DNA of 64,000 nucleotides from an uncultured bacterium (GTDB lineage Bacteria; Patescibacteriota; Minisyncoccia; UBA6257; 2-01-FULL-56-20): NCBI GenBank assembly GCA_963844965.1, contig CAWJQC010000007.1, positions 96,001 to 160,000 of the forward strand, read 5' to 3'. Shown piece by piece: positions 56,437 to 64,000 of this stretch (position 1 is its first letter; each line of letters starts with the position of its first letter). The notes under the pieces were generated by a model. It saw only the letters and a program-made list of their open reading frames with translations, ran no database searches and was not told where the DNA came from. The position numbers and the translations under genes were made by a program.

Positions 56437-56634
56437 ATGGACAATGTACTGAAAATTAAGATGGTTGAAAAAAGAGCTTTAGGAAAGATGCTCGCCGCTC
56501 TATGTGAATTTGATGTTCGGAGCTTTTCGGGGTCGCTTAATGGCAACTATGCCGAGGTTGAGTTCACTTTTAATTCTCCGCAAGAGAAAGAAGCGGCGCT
56601 TGCCAGGCTGAATGGATTAAATTTAATTTTCTGA
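56437..56634 (+). CDS. small hypothetical protein
   Basis: 65-aa ORF with GGAGG upstream. Confidence 0.3.
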   Translation: MDNVLKIKMVEKRALGKMLAALCEFDVRSFSGSLNGNYAEVEFTFNSPQEKEAALARLNGLNLIF

Positions 56635-56884
56635 ACCATCTCGCATTCAATTCTTTTTCAGAACAAAAGCCGCTTCTCCCGAAGCGACCGTTTTTTATGA
56701 ACAGATAGTTTTTGCTGAGAGGCAAAAACACCTTATGGCCTTAGAAGCGAGGCGTTCGTTTCGAGAAGCTATCGGAGGCGATTCGAGCTTGGTGTCGCCT
56801 TAGGCGACGCGAATCGCCGAGATGCAGCGGGCGACTTGCCGCTGGAGCAAATTGAACCGCGGTTCCCGAAACAAATGCCGAGCG

Positions 56885-57968
<1,084 letters not shown>

Positions 57969-58037
57969 AAAATAAATTCCGCCTCTATGTGCGTTAAGGC
58001 GGCATTAATGAGCTGGTGAATTTGATCGTCCTTCGGC

Positions 58038-58694
58038 TTACTTCGTGTAGACCCAAATGCGCGCCGACATGCCGTCCTTGAGCTCAGGATACTTTGCCGG
58101 ATTGAAACGGATATAAACATTGAATTGATATGTCGGACGCTGGCTGAAAATATTGGAAGTCGTGTTCCCCTGTGAGATCCGGCCCACTTCGTCAACAACG
58201 CCGTAATACTCCTTAGAACCGAACGCGTCCACCGTGAACTTCGTCAGGTCGCCTACTGCCACGCTTGCAAGTCCCTTATCTTCGTCCAGGTGGCCCACGA
58301 CGCGAAGCTGGGTAGGATCAATCATCGTCGCCACGACGGACTGTCCGGTCAGTGCGCTTTCAAACTCGCCGATGTTTTGATCGATCGAAACTATCTCGCC
58401 GCTCGTTTCCGACTCAACGATCCCGTTCCCGACGCGGGCAATGGGCTGGTTCGCCGTTACCATGTCGCCGACTTTCACAAACACCGTTTGCAGCGGACCA
58501 GAGTTCGCCGGCGATAAGTTAATGACCGGCGCCTGGACGACCGATAGGTCGATATAGACCGTCCTTGATGAAACGTACCAGTATGCTCCGCCGCCGATTA
58601 CGACACAAGCAACGAGGGCGACAATAACCGTGGCCCTGATTACACGGCGGTTACCCTTTATTTCTTGTCCTGTTTTTAATTCTTGTTCGGCCAT
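58038..58694 (-). CDS. HlyD-family membrane fusion protein (short paralog)
   Basis: N-terminal TM, biotinyl/lipoyl-like hairpin then beta-barrel segments. Confidence 0.55.
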   Translation of the reverse strand: MAEQELKTGQEIKGNRRVIRATVIVALVACVVIGGGAYWYVSSRTVYIDLSVVQAPVINLSPANSGPLQTVFVKVGDMVTANQPIARVGNGIVESETSGEIVSIDQNIGEFESALTGQSVVATMIDPTQLRVVGHLDEDKGLASVAVGDLTKFTVDAFGSKEYYGVVDEVGRISQGNTTSNIFSQRPTYQFNVYIRFNPAKYPELKDGMSARIWVYTK

Positions 58695-58706
58695 GTCAAA
58701 AATAGA

Positions 58707-60269
58707 TTAGAAATTTGCGAGGGTATCACCCTCATTTATCCCCGACGTAATTTCCGTCATACCGTTGTCGCCAACAGGGCCGATCTGAACCTGTTTTTGT
58801 TCAGTCCCAGCGGGGGTTTTCACGAGCACGAAATATTCGTTGCCGTTATTGAGTACGAGCCGACTCGGCACAAAGATCACGCCGTCGTCTTCGGCGAGGA
58901 CGATGTGAACGTTTCCCGTCATGCCGTCTTTCACTTGCGGCTCTGGATTCGTGAAGAAAAGCGTAACAAGGTACGAAGGCGTGCCGTTTACTTGTGTCTC
59001 CGCGCTGTCTATCGCCGTTATGGTCGCTGGGAATGTCGTTCCGGTACCGAACGCGTCCAGAGTTACCGCGGCCGCATCGCCAACTTTAACTTTTACGACG
59101 TCATATTCGGAAACATAGGTTTGAACTTCAAGTCCGCCATTATTTACGAGCGAAAGAACCTGCATGCCGGGTGACACCACTTGTCCGACCTGCGCGGTGA
59201 GGTCTTGCACCGTACCGGGGAACGGCGCAGCAAGCGAAGTATCGTCCAAAGCAACTTGCGCGGCAGCGGCAGCGGCCTGCGCTTGCGCGATGGCTGCCTG
59301 TTGCTCCTGGATCTCCTGCGATGTTGAACTGGCGGTCGTAAGGTTCAACCCCGCTTGCGCTTGCGCGATGGCGGATTTTTCGGAAGCAATATTCTGTTCG
59401 GCAGCGGTGATCTCCGTGACCGCCCCGTTCACTTCATTCAATCCCGTTGTCGCTGAAGTCTTGTAAGTTGCGGCGGTAGACGCTGACAGGCCTTCTTCGT
59501 CGGTGAGCGCCGTCAGCGCCTCATTCATAAGGTTTTGGATCGGCGAGAGATAGTCCGCGGCGTTTTGGAGTGTCGTATCAAAAACCGCATCAGGAGAACT
59601 TGCGGTCATATTTGCCAATTCCGTCTGCCATGCGTTGAGGTCGGCGCTCGCGGAAACCCTCAGATTTTGAATATTATTAAGCAATTGAGAGTCGCTCACG
59701 CTGAACGTAAGCTGTGGATTATTTCCTTCTGGGTCTGAGAAGAATGCGGCGAGCTGGGTGCGCACCGCATCGTTCGCTTTGGCGTAGGCGTCATTCAAAG
59801 TATTGGGAATTCCCGTATAATCATTCGCGAGCGATTGTTCTGCGGACGCGAGCGCGGCCTGCGATACGGCGATCGTCTGCGATGTGGCGCCCGTTTGTAG
59901 TTCGTCTAGTTTCACCTGAGCCGCCGCAAGAGCAGCGTTTGCCTGTTCAGCGCCCGCTTTGAACGTCGCACCGTTCAGGTCCGCAAGCGTTTCTCCGGTG
60001 CCCACCACATCCCCTTCTTTCACATACACATGCGCTATCTTACCTGCTTCCTGAAAAGAAATGCCTGCCTTATCCTCCGCGACCACCGTTCCCGGCTCGT
60101 CGAGCGCCTCCACGACATTACCGCGCGCAACGGCGTAAGAACCAAGCGTGGGCGCCGCGTTGGAAAAAATATACCACACCGCGCCGCCGGCAACGAGAAC
60201 AACGGCAACCCCGGCGACAAACCGGAAATGGACAACGAAAAACTTTTTTATAACATTAGACCGTTCCAT
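58707..60269 (-). CDS. HlyD-family membrane fusion protein / periplasmic adaptor with long coiled-coil
   Basis: TM, about 250-aa A/Q/L-rich coiled coil flanked by lipoyl-like hairpin halves, C-terminal beta-barrel. Confidence 0.65.
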   Translation of the reverse strand: MERSNVIKKFFVVHFRFVAGVAVVLVAGGAVWYIFSNAAPTLGSYAVARGNVVEALDEPGTVVAEDKAGISFQEAGKIAHVYVKEGDVVGTGETLADLNGATFKAGAEQANAALAAAQVKLDELQTGATSQTIAVSQAALASAEQSLANDYTGIPNTLNDAYAKANDAVRTQLAAFFSDPEGNNPQLTFSVSDSQLLNNIQNLRVSASADLNAWQTELANMTASSPDAVFDTTLQNAADYLSPIQNLMNEALTALTDEEGLSASTAATYKTSATTGLNEVNGAVTEITAAEQNIASEKSAIAQAQAGLNLTTASSTSQEIQEQQAAIAQAQAAAAAAQVALDDTSLAAPFPGTVQDLTAQVGQVVSPGMQVLSLVNNGGLEVQTYVSEYDVVKVKVGDAAAVTLDAFGTGTTFPATITAIDSAETQVNGTPSYLVTLFFTNPEPQVKDGMTGNVHIVLAEDDGVIFVPSRLVLNNGNEYFVLVKTPAGTEQKQVQIGPVGDNGMTEITSGINEGDTLANF

Positions 60270-60324
60270 AAGATTATTTGATTATACAATAATTATAAAT
60301 TATATAATATACCGACTATGCGTT

Positions 60325-61074
60325 TTAAACTTCAATTTTATCAAAGAAGTAGCCGCCCAGCAATGAAAATGTCAACGCCATCCCTACAAGAACCAGCGCA
60401 TCTGTCCCAAATCCTAAATCGTGATGTCCAATGTTGGCAAGGAGGACACGCAGGGCGTCAATGCCGTACGTCAAGGGATCGATGCGGGAGATGAACGTAA
60501 GCCAACTCGGCAATCCTTGCAGCTCAAACAGCGCGCCTGAAAGGAAGAAAAGCGGCATGACCAAAAAATTCATGATAAGCGAAAAGGCTTGCATATCGTC
60601 AAGAAACGAGCCGATGATGGTGCCGATCGATGCAAAAATAAGCGCGATTAAAAACATTATGAATATCGCGGGAAAAACCGCCGCCCAGCTTGTCGGTTGG
60701 AAACCAAAGAAGGTTGATATGACGAGAACGATAACGCCTTGTATGGTGGCGACGGTTGCGCCGCCCAGGGTTCTCCCGATCATAACGTCGGTGCGCGGCA
60801 TCGGAGCTACCAGTGTTTCTTTCAAAAATCCGAACTGACGGTCCCAAATTACTTCTATGCCCGTGAAAATGGCGGTGAATATGATGCTCATTCCGACGAT
60901 GCCGGGCGCCAGATAGTCAAGGTAGTTGCCCCCTCCCGCTCCTAACGAACCGCCAAAACCATAACCGAACATGACGAGGAATATAATCGGTTGGGCGAGA
61001 GTGCCGATCATGCGCGCCCTGGAGCGCAGATATTTCTTGATTTGCCGAAGCCAAAGATAATAGATTTTTTTCAT
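60325..61074 (-). CDS. ABC-2-type transporter permease
   Basis: 249 aa with about 6 TM segments, immediately downstream of the ABC ATPase. Confidence 0.7.
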   Translation of the reverse strand: MKKIYYLWLRQIKKYLRSRARMIGTLAQPIIFLVMFGYGFGGSLGAGGGNYLDYLAPGIVGMSIIFTAIFTGIEVIWDRQFGFLKETLVAPMPRTDVMIGRTLGGATVATIQGVIVLVISTFFGFQPTSWAAVFPAIFIMFLIALIFASIGTIIGSFLDDMQAFSLIMNFLVMPLFFLSGALFELQGLPSWLTFISRIDPLTYGIDALRVLLANIGHHDLGFGTDALVLVGMALTFSLLGGYFFDKIEV

Positions 61075-61086
61075 ATGTTGAGGGCG

Positions 61087-61875
61087 TTATCTTCTTCCCA
61101 TTCGGCGGCCTATGGCTCTTGCATGGTCGGCGGAACCGGCCCCTTCATCGCGAATGGTCTTGCCTGTGAGCGCGAGGAACGCGTCCTCAAGGAACTCCGT
61201 ATTCGTTTGCTTCTTTAGCTCGTCGGGAGTCCCAGTGGCGATAATCTTACCCTCATCCATTATGGAGATACGATCCGCCATCCTGTCAGCTTCCTCCATA
61301 TAATGTGTCGTGAGAAAAATCGTCATTCCCTTGGTCTTGTTGAGTTCCTGCAGGCGGTCCCACATGAGATTTCTTGTTTGAGGGTCAAGGCCTGTTGTCG
61401 GCTCATCAAGGAAAAGAATCTTGGGCTCGTGCAAGAGTCCCCGTGCGATTTCAAGCCGGCGTTTCATGCCTCCGGAAAATTCTTTGACCAAACTGTCTTT
61501 ACGGTCCCAGAGGTCAACGAATTTCAGGAGTTCTTCGTTTCGTTGCCGCCGCTCTACATCCGGCACGTCATAGAGCACCCCGTGCAGATCCATATTTTCC
61601 CAGGCGGTCAGGTCGTCATCCAAACTCGGGTCTTGGAAGACGATCCCGAATGTTCGGCGCGCCTTTTCCGGTTCGCGCACCGGATCAATATCGTTGAGCG
61701 TCATGGTTCCTGAAGTGGGGTGAAGAAGCGTCGTGAGCATCTTGACTGTGGTAGTTTTCCCCGCACCGTTAGGACCGAGGAAAGCAAATACTTCTCCGTC
61801 GTGTACCGTGAAAGAAACATTATTTACCGCCGTAAGATTGCCGTATTTTTTGGTTAGATTTTTTACTTCAATCAT
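61087..61875 (-). CDS. ABC transporter ATP-binding protein
   Basis: Walker A GPNGAGKTT, signature FSGGMKRR, Walker B ILFLDEPTTGLD. Confidence 0.85.
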   Translation of the reverse strand: MIEVKNLTKKYGNLTAVNNVSFTVHDGEVFAFLGPNGAGKTTTVKMLTTLLHPTSGTMTLNDIDPVREPEKARRTFGIVFQDPSLDDDLTAWENMDLHGVLYDVPDVERRQRNEELLKFVDLWDRKDSLVKEFSGGMKRRLEIARGLLHEPKILFLDEPTTGLDPQTRNLMWDRLQELNKTKGMTIFLTTHYMEEADRMADRISIMDEGKIIATGTPDELKKQTNTEFLEDAFLALTGKTIRDEGAGSADHARAIGRRMGRR

Positions 61876-61886
61876 ATTGCTGGGAA

Positions 61887-62363
61887 TTATTGCGGGACAC
61901 CATCAGTAATCTTTTTACTGAGGGCGGCGTATTGGGCCAACTCTTTGTCGGTAAGAACATTGAACATGGCGGTAAATCTTTGCAGGTTCCTGGCTTTCAT
62001 ATCGGCCATCCGCTTTTTATGCTGGTCCGAAAGTCTCAACGAAAGCGCGCGCCTATCGCGAGTGTTGTTCTCGCGCACGAGGTACTCCTTGTTCACAAGT
62101 TCGTCAACCAGCTGGGTTGCGGCGCTGCTCGTTATACCAAGACATTTTCCAAGTTCTTTAATGCTTATATCCTCCTTTTTTGTCACAATAGCCAATACTG
62201 CCCACTGGGAAGGGGTGATATGATGCTTGTCGCCTTTCGCATGATGGCAAAATTTGCCGGATTTCTTAGCGCCGGTAAGGCCCTGCGTCATAAATTTTCG
62301 TCTGATCGCATACATACCCTCAGCAATGCTTTCAATGCGCTGTTTCCTTGTTTTCATGGCCAT
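61887..62363 (-). CDS. MarR-family transcriptional regulator
   Basis: Winged-helix block ITPSQWAVLAIV ... ISIKELGKCLGITSSAATQLVDELVNKEYLVRENNTRDRRA. Confidence 0.75.
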   Translation of the reverse strand: MAMKTRKQRIESIAEGMYAIRRKFMTQGLTGAKKSGKFCHHAKGDKHHITPSQWAVLAIVTKKEDISIKELGKCLGITSSAATQLVDELVNKEYLVRENNTRDRRALSLRLSDQHKKRMADMKARNLQRFTAMFNVLTDKELAQYAALSKKITDGVPQ

Positions 62364-62524
62364 TCAATTAAGTAACTTAATGTATAAGTATCTTAATAGA
62401 TTGGGATTTTCTTGTCAACCGCCACGGGCTGTGCATAACTCCAGATATAGACGTGCTTCAATTACCCCCGCCTAGAGAGTTATAATAATTAAAAGGTCGG
62501 TTTTATATTGCCAATCATAAATAC

Positions 62525-62908
62525 ATGGATGTCTCTATCCCTATTACTCAAGCACTGGGAATCATTTTCGCGGTAATGGGCTTGTCGGTGGTTATCGACA
62601 GAAAGAACGTGTCAGCCGGCCTTGAAAAGGTAACTCAGGACCGAGGATTCTTGTGGTTGTGGAGTTTTCTCATTTTGACCATGGGTGCCGTCATCGTTGT
62701 GATGAACAATGACTGGACCACCCCCGGTCTGCCGCTCATTGTCACCATCCTCGGATGGCTCACGGTCATAAAGGGAGCTTTTCTCCTCCTACTTCCCGGC
62801 CCCGCTATCTCGCTATACCAGAAATGCAACAAGGACAGCGTGCTCATATTCGGTGGAATTGTTGCCTTTATTCTGGGCTTGGTTTTGCTTTACTTGGGAT
62901 TTATGTAA
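62525..62908 (+). CDS. hypothetical membrane protein
   Basis: 127 aa, four hydrophobic segments. Confidence 0.4.
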   Translation: MDVSIPITQALGIIFAVMGLSVVIDRKNVSAGLEKVTQDRGFLWLWSFLILTMGAVIVVMNNDWTTPGLPLIVTILGWLTVIKGAFLLLLPGPAISLYQKCNKDSVLIFGGIVAFILGLVLLYLGFM

Positions 62909-62987
62909 GCGTGCGCTAGATCAAAAGCGGGCGGGTATCGCCGTGTGTCTGTAGATCCTATCGCGGGTAGTCTGCTATAATTGGCCA

Positions 62988-63233
62988 ATGGCTTCAAATC
63001 CCCAAAATCCTCGAAAGTTGACCCCGATTTGGAGAGCAATAATCGAGATCGGTTTCATAATCTTCCTATTCTATTCCAATCTTTTGATGGGCGAGTTTAC
63101 TCGTGCAAACGGACAAGGGAAGAGTTTGATTTTTGCTCTTCGGGACATTTTTACGATCAACAATTTCCTTATCGCCATAATTTCCGGACTTATCGGCTAC
63201 GTGGTTTTTGAATATCTTCGGAAGAAACTCTAA
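62988..63233 (+). CDS. small hypothetical membrane protein
   Basis: 81 aa with two TM segments. Confidence 0.35.
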   Translation: MASNPQNPRKLTPIWRAIIEIGFIIFLFYSNLLMGEFTRANGQGKSLIFALRDIFTINNFLIAIISGLIGYVVFEYLRKKL

Positions 63234-63369
63234 TGCTCTTGAGGGCCGCGTTATTCAAGCTCGAAAAAGTTCGAATCCTTGCCCCCTGCGACTTTTCGTC
63301 GCGTAATCTGAGCTTCTGGAAACATTGAAAAATATAGGGGAACTGTCCCTCGAACGGGTGCACACTCCT

Positions 63370-63457
63370 GCGGAGGGTACAGGATTCGAACCTGTGAGGG
63401 GATTTCTCCCCAACCGCATTTCGAGTGCGGCGCGTTAGACCACTCTGCCAACCCTCC
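63370..63457 (-). tRNA. tRNA-Ser (anticodon CGA), class II with long variable arm
   Basis: Minus-strand sequence GGAGGGT...ACCCTCCG. Anticodon stem CCGCA/TGCGG with loop CTCGAAA (U33, CGA, A37). Variable arm GGGGAGAAATCCCC. T-arm ACAGG-TTCGAAT-CCTGT. No encoded CCA. Confidence 0.85.
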
Positions 63458-63639
63458 ATTTCTATGCTTGACTTATTTTCAACTCCGTTTTTGATTTTAT
63501 ATCAAGTGTGCGGAACTGGCAATTGCCGCTAAACGCAAACCGGATGGCCGGATTGTTATGCTCTTGACTAAGGAAAACGGCGGACTTACTATGGTTGAAG
63601 CTTTGAACGCAATACGGATAAGGAGGGAGAATGCAGGGT

Positions 63640-64000
63640 TTATCCGAAGAAGCCAACCCCGATCTTTCCAATATTGATTTCTCAGACATCATGGCCCTAG
63701 AGATGGTTGTGAGAAAAATCGTGAGCGATGCCGGAATCGGCGAGCACTGTGCTGTTATCGGCGGTTCCGAGGAGAATAGGGTTGTGGTCGTGAAATGCGG
63801 GAAGTTTTCGTGGGGACCGGATTGCACGGCCGCCACCCTGAGATATGTTGATGGTCCCGTCCTGTGTAGCGTGAGGCATCTCAATGGTGCCGTGGAATGC
63901 ACCTTGCATCTGTGCGCCAGAAAAAAACTTTCTCCCGAAAGTTACGAGGAGCTCGTGCATTGCATGGAAGACAGCGGCTTCCATGTGACCGTTGAGGCCT
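63640..64000 (+). CDS. hypothetical Cys-rich protein, 3' end outside window
   Basis: ATG at 63640 preceded by AAGGAGGGAG. Open to the end of the window. Missing from the ORF track because no stop is reached. Confidence 0.4.

Noticed and set aside
63190-63459. Minus-strand ORFs 63190-63459 and 63251-63451
   Set aside because: They overlap the tRNA-Ser gene on the same strand, so they are artefactual.

Overview
This 64 kb window reads like a gene-dense bacterial chromosome segment: a housekeeping backbone interrupted by an accessory/defence stretch (5-22.6 kb), with a frameshift-dense stretch at 46.7-58 kb. The gene content (lamin-tail-domain proteins, split transketolase, a serpin, a very large secreted phospholipase-C-domain protein) suggests a reduced-genome, possibly CPR/Patescibacteria-like organism, but that is inference only. 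Backbone genes I recognise with good confidence: gap, rpiB, rpe, split tkt (N and C subunits), class II fba, PfkB kinase, rplY, metG, leuS, tatD, dcd, htrA, a VanY-like carboxypeptidase, an S8/S53 peptidase, an M16 peptidase, an MFS transporter, ABC transporters, a MarR-regulated ABC/MFP efflux operon, and one tRNA-Ser(CGA). The accessory part holds (i) a beta-class DNA methyltransferase fused to an Mrr-like endonuclease domain and cleanly interrupted by a minimal IS200/IS605-type element (tnpA only); (ii) NYN-domain and solo Cas4-like PD-(D/E)xK nuclease genes; (iii) a DUF559 endonuclease-like gene and an excisionase-type HTH gene embedded in an array of six identical 16-bp perfect palindromes (GTTAACAATTGTTAAC); (iv) a RhuM/Doc toxin-like gene; and (v) a convergent restriction-modification pair in which the methyltransferase is fused in frame to a complete, apparently cleavage-competent LexA repressor. 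Other notable observations: leuS carries two intact inserted hydrolase domains (a YdeN/RBBP9-type serine hydrolase and a Nudix domain); metG, tatD, leuS, an AI-2E transporter and htrA together carry at least 12 single-base frameshifts between 47 and 58 kb; several intergenic long hairpins are built from short tandem k-mers; and a degenerate remnant of a second gap 3' end lies directly downstream of gap. All domain calls come from motif recognition by eye on the translated ORFs. No database search was run.
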